Positions 36,383 to 47,553 are shown, numbered from the stretch's first letter. The stretch: 64,000 nucleotides of DNA from an uncultured Gammaproteobacteria bacterium (GCA_964411255.1 CAYPKD010000007.1:13344-77343), one strand, 5' to 3'. Notes: generated from the sequence alone by a model not told the origin. Program-made: numbers and translations.

Positions 36383-37510
36383 TTACTCAAAAAGAAGATG
36401 CAATACTGAGGAATTTTCCTTTTTCGATTTCTTATATTTTTCAACCAATCTTTTTTTATCTGACATTAAAGTTATTGCTCCAAGGCCATGAGACACACCC
36501 TTGCTGCAAATTGCTGGATATTCTTTCTGCCATACTAAATGTACGCCCTCTTCATGTACACCGAGCACAAGACCTAGACCCTTCAGAATTCCTGGTAAAT
36601 CAATATGCCAAACAGCCATCCTTTTTTGCTGCTTACGTGTATAAAATTTTAACAATTGTTTTGGCTCTGCATCCCACCCGATCATACATTGTATTCGGAG
36701 GTCATATTTTCTGGTAGTGCTATCAAAAATACCTGGTGCTGGATGAAAACGCGACTGACCAGATTCGCGTATCGGATAAAGCGAACCATCTCGAATTCTT
36801 TCTTGTATATCAAATTTATCAAGGATATCATGTTGATATGCTTTTTCAATTGCCTTTTGTAAATCATCTACTGGCCTGGCATTTAAATCATCAGGATCAG
36901 GATTAAAATCGATAACCTGATCGTCAAAACACGCTTTCCTCAACGTAGGGAAAGCCTCTAAAATCTGATGCCAAGTATTTAATGCTGTAATAACGGGCAT
37001 TAATATATCCGGAAAGTCTTCCTGCACTTCTATTGGCTGATCAAATAATGCCTTTCTTTGCATATACATTTCTGCATATTGATAAACCAGCAAAGGATTA
37101 TTACATGCTGTCAAAAATTTTAACAGCATTATAGTCTTTTCTGGTTCAAACATTATTACAGTAATTGGAATTGTCTCATCCAGCGAGACAATTTCCTTTG
37201 GCAAGAGTATACTTATTTCTCTAAGGCTGGGGACCAAAGCTTCAAAAGCATGTTCCCAACCGTCTAAATGATATTTAGCCAGCCAGTTGCCCAGCACCCT
37301 TAGATCACCATGCAAATCATCAAATCTTTTTCTGAATTCTGATCGACTTGTGCTTGTTTTGATTAATTCAAGCAGCACATCTAAAACAGATGCACCCAAT
37401 TTTCCACGTTGGCGTTTGAACACATCATTGCCTGCCATTTTTTCAAGCAGCAGCTGATGTTGTTCATCCTTACTCGGGACTTGACCTTCAGGCACTTGCT
37501 TCTGTGGCAT
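36383..37510 (-). CDS. hypothetical protein
   Basis: 375-aa ORF, no motif recognised. Confidence 0.5.
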   Translation of the reverse strand: MPQKQVPEGQVPSKDEQHQLLLEKMAGNDVFKRQRGKLGASVLDVLLELIKTSTSRSEFRKRFDDLHGDLRVLGNWLAKYHLDGWEHAFEALVPSLREISILLPKEIVSLDETIPITVIMFEPEKTIMLLKFLTACNNPLLVYQYAEMYMQRKALFDQPIEVQEDFPDILMPVITALNTWHQILEAFPTLRKACFDDQVIDFNPDPDDLNARPVDDLQKAIEKAYQHDILDKFDIQERIRDGSLYPIRESGQSRFHPAPGIFDSTTRKYDLRIQCMIGWDAEPKQLLKFYTRKQQKRMAVWHIDLPGILKGLGLVLGVHEEGVHLVWQKEYPAICSKGVSHGLGAITLMSDKKRLVEKYKKSKKENSSVLHLLFE

Positions 37511-37893
37511 AATCCACCTCCTTGAAGCACATCTGAAGCCATACCTCTTGAGAAGTATGTATGTTCATTGCATGGAAAACCCACCCAATGCCGCTTCTTG
37601 AGAAACGGATTTTGAAAGTACAACCAGAAGTGATCTGGTCATATAACTTTAATAAAAATATTTGATTTCGTCAATAACTGTATTAAATGGCTTTGTTTTT
37701 AGAATTGATAATTGTAAATTATTTAAAAATTGGTAAATTGAAAATTAAACCACATATCAAAACCGCATCCTAAAATATCCACACTACCCTTGAACATTCC
37801 AAACGAAAATACTATCATTAATAAATGAGGATTCCAAAACCGGAGTCCTTTATTGCTTGAAATTAGTTCCTTAACATATAAAGGCTCAACACC

Positions 37894-38712
37894 ATGCAAG
37901 ACAAAACTGACCACAGCATATCACTTGTGTTTAGAATAGATGAAGATCTGCAAAGTGCACTTTCAGCTTTTGACCCTGGTTTAATATGCTCAATCGGCAT
38001 TGATCCGCAGGCTGAAATATTGTCAATTACAATTCTGGAAAATAATGCTATTCAAAAAGCAACAAGCGGAGCTCAGATAAATCTTACCTTTACCACAAAA
38101 CCACGTTTTATTTACATCAGAGGAATGATTCAACTGCCTCAGGGCCATTATTTAACCGCGATTGACAGAGGATATTTTGATAATCACAAAAGAATAATCA
38201 TTCAAACTCTTAATGTGTTAAAAAAAACGTTTGCTCATCTGTCAGATTTATATCTTATCTGTCCAGACCGGCCGGTTGACTTTTTACTCTCAAATGGAAA
38301 TAGATGGCAAAAATTTCAAACTAACATAGATACTGCGATCAGCCTGCCTGGCGGATCTATCCTCGCAAGTATTAATGGGCAATTAAAAGTAATGTATTTT
38401 CATGATGTGGCAAAATTTCTCAAATCATTTGAAGAAACCTGGCATCCTATTATAAGTAATACAAATCTGGGCAAAGTAACCTATATCAGCCGCAATCAGC
38501 AGACTCCAATAGTCACCAGTTCTGACGGTCAGATATTTTCAATCGCTATTCAGGATGATAGAAAAACAACTATCACAGGTCATATTCCCAGATCTCAAGT
38601 TAGGCAAATGATCGGACCAATTGCCAATCACCGTGATGTTTTAGCTGCTGTTATAGATCAATCTTCAGATTCAGTAACTGCTTTGCTCTATAAAATGCGA
38701 AAAAGAACCTAA
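37894..38712 (+). CDS. hypothetical protein
   Basis: 272-aa ORF. Confidence 0.5.
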   Translation: MQDKTDHSISLVFRIDEDLQSALSAFDPGLICSIGIDPQAEILSITILENNAIQKATSGAQINLTFTTKPRFIYIRGMIQLPQGHYLTAIDRGYFDNHKRIIIQTLNVLKKTFAHLSDLYLICPDRPVDFLLSNGNRWQKFQTNIDTAISLPGGSILASINGQLKVMYFHDVAKFLKSFEETWHPIISNTNLGKVTYISRNQQTPIVTSSDGQIFSIAIQDDRKTTITGHIPRSQVRQMIGPIANHRDVLAAVIDQSSDSVTALLYKMRKRT

Positions 38713-38830
38713 TTTCAAGCAATATTTTAGCTTTCAGACACCTCTGAAAGCTTTTTTATTTACCCACTTTTCCTCTTTCCAAACTGTAATATATTTGCTA
38801 TAATAATTATGTAATTTTACTAAAAAAGAA

Positions 38831-40915
38831 TTGCTAAATATGCCTAAAAAAGCAACAAAATCGAAGCAAAAAACACCAAAAGGAAAAAAAGGATACACTG
38901 CTGAAGAAATTACAGTACTGGAGGGTCTTGACCCAGTTAGAAAAAGACCTGGAATGTATATTGGAAACACCGCCTCAGAAGGTCTCCATCATTTGATCTG
39001 GGAAGTAGTTGATAATTCCATTGATGAAGCAATGGCCGGTTTTTGTAATCATATTGTTGTTCGAATTTTACCTGATAATATAATTGAGGTTACTGACAAT
39101 GGTCGCGGTATTCCAGTTGAAATTCATAAACAAACCAAAAAGTCAGCCTTGGAAACGGTTATGACCATTCTTCATGCTGGTGGAAAATTCGGACAGGGCG
39201 GGTATAAAGTGTCTGGCGGTTTGCATGGTGTCGGTGTCAGTGTGGTAAATGCCCTATCCAGCTGGGCTAAGGTTGAAGTAAAACGGGATGGAAGTTTATA
39301 CGAACAAGAATATAAAATAGGTAAAGCTCAAAAAAAAGTAAAAAAAGTTGGCCCTGTACGCAAAACTTCAAAAGTCAATCCGCTAGATCCAGGAGCTTCA
39401 TTTCAACAAGGAACAAAAATTACCTTTACACCTGATGACAGTATCTTTACTGAAACCGAATACAAATGGGAAAAGGTGTTAACTCACCTGCGCCAGCAGG
39501 CTTACTTAACCAAAGCAGTAAAAATTACTGTTATTGATCTCCGGGACAAAAAAAATTCTAAACTTCATAATTTCTATTTTGAAGGAGGTATAGCTACTTA
39601 TGTAAAGATGCTGAACAAAAAAGACGAATCAAAACATGAAAATATTTTTTATGTTGATAAAACAATAGATGAAATACAGGTCGAGATTGCACTCCGATAC
39701 ACTTCTGAATACCAGGAAACAGTGCTGGCCTTTACCAACAACATTCAAAACCCAGAAGGCGGCATGCATATTGTTGGATTCAGAACCGGTCTAACCAGAA
39801 CGCTAAATACATATGCGCGTAAACATAATATTTTAAAAGAAAAAGATGAAAACCTAACAGGTGAAGATGTACGCGAAGGCCTGACTGCAATTATTTATGT
39901 AAAAATAAAAGATCCGCAGTTTGAAGGACAAACCAAGGCGAAACTGGGAAATACTGAAGTTAGGCCTGCAGTTGATACTGTTTTATCTGAAGCACTAGAA
40001 GCATTTTTGGAAGAACATCCTAAAGATGCTGAGGCAATTATTGGCAAAGCCTTATTAGCAGCTCAAGCCAGAAGAGCATCTCGGGCGGCCAGAGAAACAG
40101 TTCTTCGAAAAGGCGTACTCGACGGTTTGACTCTGCCAGGCAAACTGGCTGACTGTTCAAGCCGGACGGCTGAAAAATGTGAAATATATATTGTTGAGGG
40201 AGAGTCAGCCGGCGGTAGTGCTAAACAAGGCAGAGATCGTGAATTTCAGGCCATTTTACCATTACGCGGAAAAGTCATTAATGTCGAAAAAGCTCGCTTA
40301 GATAAAATACTGGCAAACAATGAAATTAAATCTTTAATCATTGCAATGGGAACAAATGTTGGCGAACAATTTGAAATTGACAAATTGCGATATGATAAAA
40401 TTATTATAATGACTGATGCTGATGTAGACGGATCTCATATCCGGACTTTACTGTTAACTTTATTTTATAGATATTTTCCAGCATTAATTACCAAAGGGCA
40501 TCTTTTCATTGCCCAACCGCCGCTTTACAGCATTAAAAAAGGCAAGGAAATGGAATGGGTTTATTCTGAGATTGAAAAAGATGAAATGATTGCTAAAATG
40601 TCAAAAACGAAAAGTGCCAAGCCAAAGGCTGTAAAGAAAAAAGAAGATGAAGGCGAGGCAGGCGCAGAAGCTGATGAAAGCGCTGAAACAAAAACTGGCG
40701 TTTCAGTTCAGAGATATAAAGGTCTGGGTGAAATGAATCCTGAGCAGCTCTGGAAAACAACAATGAATCCTGAAACGCGGCAAATGAAAATAGTTACCAT
40801 AGAAGATGCTGAAAAGGCTGATGAAATATTTGATGTGTTAATGGGTTCTGATGTTGCTCCTAGAAAAAAATTTATTCAAACTCATGCTAAATCTGTTGAA
40901 AATTTAGACGTTTAA
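38831..40915 (+). CDS. gyrB: DNA gyrase subunit B
   Basis: GHKL ATPase and TOPRIM/tail motifs (LEGLDPVRKRPGMYIG, EGESAGGSAKQGR, QRYKGLGEMNPEQLWKTTMNPE). Confidence 0.95.
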   Translation: MLNMPKKATKSKQKTPKGKKGYTAEEITVLEGLDPVRKRPGMYIGNTASEGLHHLIWEVVDNSIDEAMAGFCNHIVVRILPDNIIEVTDNGRGIPVEIHKQTKKSALETVMTILHAGGKFGQGGYKVSGGLHGVGVSVVNALSSWAKVEVKRDGSLYEQEYKIGKAQKKVKKVGPVRKTSKVNPLDPGASFQQGTKITFTPDDSIFTETEYKWEKVLTHLRQQAYLTKAVKITVIDLRDKKNSKLHNFYFEGGIATYVKMLNKKDESKHENIFYVDKTIDEIQVEIALRYTSEYQETVLAFTNNIQNPEGGMHIVGFRTGLTRTLNTYARKHNILKEKDENLTGEDVREGLTAIIYVKIKDPQFEGQTKAKLGNTEVRPAVDTVLSEALEAFLEEHPKDAEAIIGKALLAAQARRASRAARETVLRKGVLDGLTLPGKLADCSSRTAEKCEIYIVEGESAGGSAKQGRDREFQAILPLRGKVINVEKARLDKILANNEIKSLIIAMGTNVGEQFEIDKLRYDKIIIMTDADVDGSHIRTLLLTLFYRYFPALITKGHLFIAQPPLYSIKKGKEMEWVYSEIEKDEMIAKMSKTKSAKPKAVKKKEDEGEAGAEADESAETKTGVSVQRYKGLGEMNPEQLWKTTMNPETRQMKIVTIEDAEKADEIFDVLMGSDVAPRKKFIQTHAKSVENLDV

Positions 40916-41038
40916 TTAATACCTATACAAATTAACCGCTGATTGACCTTAGCGGTTTTAATATTGACAAAAATAAAGGCTTATGATAAAATAAAACATC
41001 GTTGTTCGTTTCAAACTCACAACCATTGGAGGAAAAAA

Positions 41039-42205
41039 ATGGTTGCACTTAAGCATTCTAAAAGTCCTATTGGCACTTTTAATCCTGAATGGGGACATAT
41101 ATATGCAGTTTTCTCTGCTTTTGATAACAGCTCTATTGCTTTTATGACATATATTGGAGATTACAATACTGAACATATGAGAGTGATCTTTAAAGATAGA
41201 GTTCTAGCAGATGGACATGGAGCTAATGTAGAATCTGCTTTTTCATTTGATGGTAAAAAAATGGCAGTGGCTATTAAAGAAGGTAATCCGCTTCGATATG
41301 TCATTTATATAAATGGTGCAAAGTTCTATGAGCTTGATCCGATTTATGATAATCTCTACCACTTCATGTGGATTTCAAATGATGAACTGGCTTGGGAAGC
41401 CTGGATTCTTGAAGACAATAACGGCCCCATCAAAGAAAATCATAAATATATTAACGGAAAGAAAGTATCTGACTTTGGCATCACTCCCTTTGGTTATGGT
41501 CGCACTTCACAAATTTTTGTTAAATCAGGTAATGAAGAATTTATTGTCTTTGATGATGGCAGCCGCTCTGAAGTTCAGCCGCTGAGAAAACACTGGCCAT
41601 TTGGATTACCGACTACAACAACAGATGACAGTCCACAACCTGAAAAAGAATATAATGAACAAATTGACAGAGTGCGAGTGGTCTTTAATGGCCATAAGGG
41701 GCCTTGGTTTGATGATATTGAAAGCGGTGGCGGACTCAGAACCTTTGCCTTTACTGATGATCAATCAAAACTTGCGTATTTGGGAATTCGATATGCAAAA
41801 ATTACAAATCTAATAGCTCCTCTTTTCGGCAAAGCACTTGAACGTGCATTTGAAATTGAGGACAAAACAGGTAAGGTACCTTGGTGGGCTAAGCCACTTA
41901 CTTTACTTTATAATCCATACTTTGGGCCATTACACGCCTTGGCTGAAATGTCAAAACGCTGGTATGTCGTTGATAATGGACATATGTGGAAAAAAGCATA
42001 TCATCAAGCCCTTGATCATTTCTACACTCCAAATGGTCAGCTGGTAGTGACTGTTCTTGATGACAATAAAAACCGAGTGGTAATTGATGAAGATGAAGGA
42101 CCTGCCTTTGACTGCATTCAGGATGTGCGTTATCTGCCTGACGAAGGCTGTATTTCATATATTGGCAGACTGGGAAATGAATATTTCAAAGTAACTGCTA
42201 AATAA
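41039..42205 (+). CDS. hypothetical beta-rich protein
   Basis: GGAGG RBS then ATG at 41039; the track start at 40943 is TTG. Confidence 0.5.
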   Translation: MVALKHSKSPIGTFNPEWGHIYAVFSAFDNSSIAFMTYIGDYNTEHMRVIFKDRVLADGHGANVESAFSFDGKKMAVAIKEGNPLRYVIYINGAKFYELDPIYDNLYHFMWISNDELAWEAWILEDNNGPIKENHKYINGKKVSDFGITPFGYGRTSQIFVKSGNEEFIVFDDGSRSEVQPLRKHWPFGLPTTTTDDSPQPEKEYNEQIDRVRVVFNGHKGPWFDDIESGGGLRTFAFTDDQSKLAYLGIRYAKITNLIAPLFGKALERAFEIEDKTGKVPWWAKPLTLLYNPYFGPLHALAEMSKRWYVVDNGHMWKKAYHQALDHFYTPNGQLVVTVLDDNKNRVVIDEDEGPAFDCIQDVRYLPDEGCISYIGRLGNEYFKVTAK

Positions 42206-42248
42206 ACCAAAAGACCGGGTAATACCCAGTCTTTTTTAATTATATTTA

Positions 42249-43727
42249 TCAATTATTTTTTTCTTCAGGCCTCATCAATGGAAATAAAAACACATCTCTT
42301 AAATTCGGCTGCTGAGTAAGCAATGCTACAAGTCTTTCTACTCCCATGCCCCAGCCAGAAGTTGGCGGCATACCATATTCCATTGCCTTTACAAATTCTT
42401 CATCTTTTTGCATTGCTTCTTTATCCCCTGCTTGCCTGGCTTTCATCTGCTGATCAAATCTTTTTTGCTGGTCCACTGGATCAATTAACTCGCTGTAAGC
42501 ATTTAAAATTTCCCAACCATTAACTATTAATTGAAATCGGTCAACAACCATTGGATTTTTATCATTTTTTCTGGCCAATGGTGACAAGTCAATTGGATGA
42601 TTTATTAAAAATGTTGGTTTTATAATATTTGGTCTGGAAACTGCCTTATACAATGCATCAATTAAATTGCCCCGGCCAAGCTTATCCATATCTTCAATAT
42701 TAATCTTTTTCTTTTTAATTTCCCTTCGCAAATCTTCAGCATTTTCAAATTTATCAATATCAATATCGCAGTCTTTTTTTAACAATTCTCTAAATGAAAC
42801 TACATCCCAGGGTGCTGTAAAATCAACATCAACTAATTTTTCATCCCGGTTTAATATTTTCAGCTTTAATGTGCCTTTTAATTTTTTGATAACACTGGTC
42901 AGCATCTTTTCCGTAAACTTCATGTTGTCTTTATAATCCCAATAAGCTGCATAATGCTCAATCATTGTAAATTCCTGCAAATGACTGGGATCCATTCCTT
43001 CATTTCGGAAAACCTTTGCCACTTCAAAAACTCTTTCATAACCACCGACAATTAATTCCTTTAGCTGAATTTCCGGTGCAATCCTCAAATAGACATCAGT
43101 ATCTAATGCATTGTGATGGGTGGTAAAGGGTGTGGCCAATGCGCCTGAGGCGCTATTATTCAAAACAGAGGTCTCAACTTCTTCAAAATTATTTTTTTTA
43201 TAAAAATCTCTAAGCTCCTGCAGCAAACCGCTTCTAAATTTAAATCTTTCTCTGGTTTGTTCATTCATTATTAAATCTAAATACCTTTGTCTGTATAAAG
43301 CTTCCCTGTTCTTTAATCCATGCCATTTCTCTGGCAAGTCTCGCAATGACTTTGAAAGATATTTATATTTTTTTACCAAAACTGAAATCTCACCCTTTTT
43401 CGTTTTAAATACAGGACCTTCAACTCCAATAAAATCTCCAATATTTACAATTTGAAGCAATTCTTTGTATTTATCTTTTCCCAATTCATCAGCTTTAAAA
43501 ACAATTTGCACCCTGCCGGAAAAATCCTGGATATGCGCAAAGGTTAACTTGCCCATGTCGCGAAAAAGCATTAGCCTACCAGCAACTTTGACTTTTTTAT
43601 CCATCATCTTTTCAGTAATGTCTGCTGCATTGTTTTTTTTATCAAACTTGTCAGCAAAAGCCTGAATTTTTTTTGCTTCTAATAATTTTAATTTTTTTAA
43701 TCTTTCTTCTTTTGAACTGGAAGTCAT
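42249..43727 (-). CDS. lysS: lysine--tRNA ligase (class II)
   Basis: OB anticodon-binding domain plus class II motifs (FRNEGMDPSHLQEFTMIE, GMGVERL). Confidence 0.95.
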   Translation of the reverse strand: MTSSSKEERLKKLKLLEAKKIQAFADKFDKKNNAADITEKMMDKKVKVAGRLMLFRDMGKLTFAHIQDFSGRVQIVFKADELGKDKYKELLQIVNIGDFIGVEGPVFKTKKGEISVLVKKYKYLSKSLRDLPEKWHGLKNREALYRQRYLDLIMNEQTRERFKFRSGLLQELRDFYKKNNFEEVETSVLNNSASGALATPFTTHHNALDTDVYLRIAPEIQLKELIVGGYERVFEVAKVFRNEGMDPSHLQEFTMIEHYAAYWDYKDNMKFTEKMLTSVIKKLKGTLKLKILNRDEKLVDVDFTAPWDVVSFRELLKKDCDIDIDKFENAEDLRREIKKKKINIEDMDKLGRGNLIDALYKAVSRPNIIKPTFLINHPIDLSPLARKNDKNPMVVDRFQLIVNGWEILNAYSELIDPVDQQKRFDQQMKARQAGDKEAMQKDEEFVKAMEYGMPPTSGWGMGVERLVALLTQQPNLRDVFLFPLMRPEEKNN

Positions 43728-43995
43728 ATTTTTTATTTTAATACCTATATAAATAATTTACACTTATCTGACCTTATGGTCAAGGAATTAATCATATGTA
43801 ATGAAACACAGCTCACATAGCACGCAGCAAATACGGGCACAATAAAAAATATCCGAATTTGGTCTGACAAACTTTGATTTGTTACTTTAAAAAATAATTT
43901 TATTACACAATAAAAAACGTCCTGATTTATCAGGACTCTAAATTTTTGATTTTTGCCTTTTCATTTTTGATTTTTTAAAAAAGGGCTTAGTATTA

Positions 43996-44205
43996 CTAAG
44001 CCGGTCTTTGTTGCAACAGTCTGACATATTCTTCTGTTTTCCTATCGCAGAATAAATGCCAGTCAACTTGCACTCGCTGGCCCTTTGGACCAATAAAATC
44101 ATTTGAAGTTCCCATCTTTGATAAATTATGGCGCCTGGCCATAAATTCTTTAAAAGAAATTATTCGAAAATCATTCAAATTTGGATAATGATCAATGTCA
44201 CACAT
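43996..44205 (-). CDS. hypothetical small protein
   Basis: 69-aa ORF with two minus-strand terminator hairpins downstream. Confidence 0.3.
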   Translation of the reverse strand: MCDIDHYPNLNDFRIISFKEFMARRHNLSKMGTSNDFIGPKGQRVQVDWHLFCDRKTEEYVRLLQQRPA

Positions 44206-44398
44206 TCTCCCCCCTTCAAAATATGTAGTTGAACTCTTAAAATATACAAAAAAAAACTAAATTTGTCAACCTACGCAAATAACTTGCATTCTTTTTATAT
44301 ATAGTGTATATTATATTTGTAATAAATAGCCTGTCCAAGGGCTGTTTTTAAGACCAAAATTTACAAATAACAAGCACCAAATTCCAAATTTCAATTAT

Positions 44399-44587
44399 AT
44401 GGAAAAAACAAACCGAATCTTACAGTACATTAAAGAATCTAAATCTGAAATGAAAAAGGTCACTTGGCCAACAAAAAAAGAAACCACTAAACACACTCTT
44501 ATTGTGATTGGCGTTAGTTTGGGTGTAGCGGTTTTTTTAGGCGCCTTAGACTATATTTTTTCAAAGGTTATAGGTGCAATAATTTAA
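44399..44587 (+). CDS. secE: preprotein translocase subunit SecE
   Basis: 62 aa with a single C-terminal TM helix; secE-nusG-rplK-rplA gene order. Confidence 0.8.
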   Translation: MEKTNRILQYIKESKSEMKKVTWPTKKETTKHTLIVIGVSLGVAVFLGALDYIFSKVIGAII

Positions 44588-44653
44588 TTCGAATTCCACG
44601 GTTATTTTAAAAAATTATAATATATTTTTGCATAAAATTAACTATTTGTAATT

Positions 44654-45199
44654 ATGCCAAAACAAGTATTAGAACGAGGGCGACGCTGGTTTGTAATCCA
44701 TACCTATTCTGGCTATGAAGAAAATGTTGCAGAAAATTTGCAGCAAAGAATCGAATCAATGGACATGGAAGACAAAATTTTTACTGTCCTCATTCCAACA
44801 GAGAAAAAAATAAAAATTAAAAACGGAAAAAGGAAAATTGTAACTGAAAAAATCTTTCCAGGTTATGTTTTGGTTGAAATGATTGTAACTGATGATTCCT
44901 GGTATGTTGTAAGAAACACTCCAAATGTAACAGGATTTATCGGTACTGGAAACACGCCTACGCCAATTTCCAATGACGAAGTGAATGCCTTAAAGAAAAG
45001 AATGGGAGTTGAAGAACCAAAATATAAAATTCCGTTCAACCCTGGTGATCCGGTTAAAATCACTGATGGTCCATTCAAGGGATTTGAAGGCAAAGTGGAT
45101 GAAATCAATGAGGAAAAAGGCAAAGTTAAAGTATTGGTTTCAATGTTTGGTCGAGAAACTCCTGTAGAGCTTGACTCCTTGCAAATAAAGGAGGTATAA
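44654..45199 (+). CDS. nusG: transcription termination/antitermination factor NusG
   Basis: NGN domain (RWFVIHTYSGYE) and KOW domain (PGDPVKITDGPFKGFEGKV). Confidence 0.9.
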   Translation: MPKQVLERGRRWFVIHTYSGYEENVAENLQQRIESMDMEDKIFTVLIPTEKKIKIKNGKRKIVTEKIFPGYVLVEMIVTDDSWYVVRNTPNVTGFIGTGNTPTPISNDEVNALKKRMGVEEPKYKIPFNPGDPVKITDGPFKGFEGKVDEINEEKGKVKVLVSMFGRETPVELDSLQIKEV

Positions 45200-45287
45200 T
45201 CTTAAAACATTTAAATTAAATGGTCCTATGGTTAAATTATTCGAAACCATTTGACTATTTGTATTGATTCGTAAAATTTGTAACTTT

Positions 45288-45710
45288 ATGGCAAAAGAAG
45301 TATTAACGAAAATTAAACTACAAATTCCAGCTGGAAAAGCAAATCCAGCTCCGCCTGTTGGTCCTGCTTTAGGTCAGCATGGTCTTAATATACAAGATTT
45401 CTGTAATCAATTTAATGAAGCGACAAAAGACAAAGGTGGAGATATTATTCCTGTAGAAATTTCTGTTTACAAAGACAGATCTTTTGACTTTATATTAAAA
45501 ACGCCACCAGCATCAACTTTAATAATGAAGGCCGCAGGTATAAAAAAAGGCGCTGGTAATCCGTTAACAGACAAGGCTGGGAAAATAACCAAACAGCAGG
45601 CAAAAGAAATAGCTGAAATAAAAATGCCGGATTTAAATACAGACGATATTGATCAGGCAGTAAAAATTATTGAAGGCACAGCCAGACAAATGGGAGTAAA
45701 GGTTAAATAG
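45288..45710 (+). CDS. rplK: 50S ribosomal protein L11
   Basis: [32 protein letters not shown]; the track start at 45264 is too long. Confidence 0.95.
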   Translation: MAKEVLTKIKLQIPAGKANPAPPVGPALGQHGLNIQDFCNQFNEATKDKGGDIIPVEISVYKDRSFDFILKTPPASTLIMKAAGIKKGAGNPLTDKAGKITKQQAKEIAEIKMPDLNTDDIDQAVKIIEGTARQMGVKVK

Positions 45711-45847
45711 ACTGGTAAATTTTATCAACTAATAACTGTGGGAGTCTGTTAACTATAAAGATTTCAGACGCTCGCACCACAAACAGATTGCATAAACAGT
45801 AAAATAGATAAATATTTTTCTGTTTCTATGTTTTTCTGTCATTATAT

Positions 45848-46528
45848 ATGCCACGTTCTAAACGTTATCAAAATTTATTAAAAAAAATCGATAAGGAATC
45901 AGCATATCCTTTCGAACAAGCAATTAAGCTTATTAAAGAAACTTCAACCACTAAATTCGATTCTGGTATTGAAGTTCATGTTCGTTTAGGTATAGATCCA
46001 AAAAAAGGCGATCAGCAAGTCCGCGGAACTGTTGTCTTGCCGCATGGCATTGGCAAGACACAAAAAGTTGCTGTTTTTGCTGAAGGAGATAAAGCAAAGG
46101 AAGCTAAAGAGGCTAAAGCAGATTTTGTTTATAATGAAGAAGATATTGCTGATATTAAAAAAACTGGAAAAATTGCATTTGATATTGCAATTGCTCCGCC
46201 AGAAATGATGAAAAAACTTGCGCCAGTAGCAAAAGTCTTAGGTCAAAAAGGCCTAATGCCAAGTCCAAAAAACGAAACTGTAACGCCAAATATTAAAAAA
46301 ACTGTTACTGAATTAAAAGCTGGAAAAATTGCATTTAAAAATGATGATACTGCAAATCTTCATCAATTAATTGGCAAAGCTTCTTATGATGATAAAAAAT
46401 TACTGGAAAATTATAACACCTTAATGAAAGCACTGAAAGACTCAAAACCAGATGGAGTAAAAGGCACATTTATCAAAACCGTTTATTTGACATCCAGTAT
46501 GGGGCCAAGCGTAAAAGTAGAATTATAA
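45848..46528 (+). CDS. rplA: 50S ribosomal protein L1
   Basis: Canonical L1 sequence. Confidence 0.95.
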   Translation: MPRSKRYQNLLKKIDKESAYPFEQAIKLIKETSTTKFDSGIEVHVRLGIDPKKGDQQVRGTVVLPHGIGKTQKVAVFAEGDKAKEAKEAKADFVYNEEDIADIKKTGKIAFDIAIAPPEMMKKLAPVAKVLGQKGLMPSPKNETVTPNIKKTVTELKAGKIAFKNDDTANLHQLIGKASYDDKKLLENYNTLMKALKDSKPDGVKGTFIKTVYLTSSMGPSVKVEL

Positions 46529-46549
46529 AAAGAAAAAATATAAATTAAA

Positions 46550-46583
46550 ATAGTTGTCTGGTGTAGACAACTATTTTTTTTTA
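46550..46583. terminator. bidirectional intrinsic terminator after rplA
   Basis: 10-bp stem atagttgtct/agacaactat followed by a T9 run and preceded by an A-run. Confidence 0.7.
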
Positions 46584-46894
46584 GGGGTCCAATGAAGTTT
46601 CAAAGCCTCAATATCATTGAGAAAAAATCTGGCTGAGCGAATAAGATCCTCTGATACCTCAACTTTTTTCTTTTCCACAGATCTCCATCCCCTGCCGACA
46701 AATCCCAGTGCAACGTCAAATTTATCATTACTTCTAAAAATAAATAAAATTTTATTGATTTGACTATCCTTAACAATATATCCTTCAACCTTATCAATTC
46801 CTTCAAGCCGTTCATGAACCTCGCTGGATTTATCTTTTGCTCTTATCAATTTTACATAATATCCTATATTTTTCTTTTCATTACCAGCAGCCAT
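46571..46894 (-). CDS. hypothetical protein
   Basis: 107-aa ORF with RBS; first gene of the small-gene island. Confidence 0.45.
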   Translation of the reverse strand: MAAGNEKKNIGYYVKLIRAKDKSSEVHERLEGIDKVEGYIVKDSQINKILFIFRSNDKFDVALGFVGRGWRSVEKKKVEVSEDLIRSARFFLNDIEALKLHWTPKKK

Positions 46895-47028
46895 TGAAAT
46901 CCTCCTTTTTCATCAATTAAAATTAGCATAAACAAATAATTGTGTCAATATCTGTAATATCTGATAAAAGTATAGACAAAATATTTTTTCGTAATTTATT
47001 TCAGGACATATTTTCATTTATAGCAACT

Positions 47029-47181
47029 GGGGTCTGGGGGGCTGATTGCCCATAACAAGAAAGTTAAACATAATTGACACTTCGCATTTGAAGCCCCCCA
47101 ATGGTTTTTGCCTACTTTTTGGCGCCAAAAAGTAACTTGGCGCAAGCCCAGAACCGTATGGTTCTGGGCAAGCCAACATTG
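47029..47181 (+). repeat. conserved intergenic element, copy 2 (with 25-nt hairpin insertion)
   Basis: Collinear with the copy at 35055-35181; the extra cccagaaccgtatggttctggg hairpin is inserted before AACATTG. Confidence 0.65.
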
Positions 47182-47312
47182 CAAGGACTTATTAGTTTTG
47201 TCAATCCTAATAAAATAATATATTTGTAATCCCCTGATAAAAGTACTTTCAAAACCCTTATTCGTAATATGGTCTTGCAAGGCCCTTTTGCTTTTGTCAG
47301 TTTTGACTCCAA

Positions 47313-47341
47313 TAAAAAACTGCAATGAATGTCATTGCAGT
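47313..47341 (-). terminator. cassette 1 terminator
   Basis: actgcaatga/tcattgcagt stem followed by a U6 run on the minus strand, directly after the stop. Confidence 0.65.
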
Positions 47342-47343
47342 AG

Positions 47344-47553
47344 TTATGCAGCGATTGAAACCGCTGATACTTTTGCCAGAGCTATTGCTTCTAGCGCTTT
47401 CCTATGAATTTCACTTCCTGGATTAGCTGTATGAGCAATTTCTGCCCATTCTTCATCAGTCAAATTGCTAAAAAATGAAGAATCCAGCCTGTGCCCAAAA
47501 AGTTTTACTGTAGTACTTATACCAAAAATTCTTCTAGCATTTTCAATGGTCAT
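47344..47553 (-). CDS. cassette small protein 1 (HEAT-like W-x-EIA repeat, C-terminal Ala-Ala)
   Basis: AAGGAGGA RBS; EEWAEIAHTANPGSEIHRKALEAIA repeat; ends ...SIAA. Confidence 0.5.
   Translation of the reverse strand: MTIENARRIFGISTTVKLFGHRLDSSFFSNLTDEEWAEIAHTANPGSEIHRKALEAIALAKVSAVSIAA

Noticed and set aside
35055-47181. The two direct repeats considered as attL/attR of a 12-kb integrated element
   Set aside because: The intervening DNA encodes core single-copy genes (gyrB, lysS, secE, nusG, rplK, rplA) with host-like composition, and there is no integrase.
47014-47325. ORFs 47014..47325 and 47112..47312 (-)
   Set aside because: They overlap the conserved ~150-nt repeat element, whose other copy at 35055 is non-coding. 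There is no RBS.
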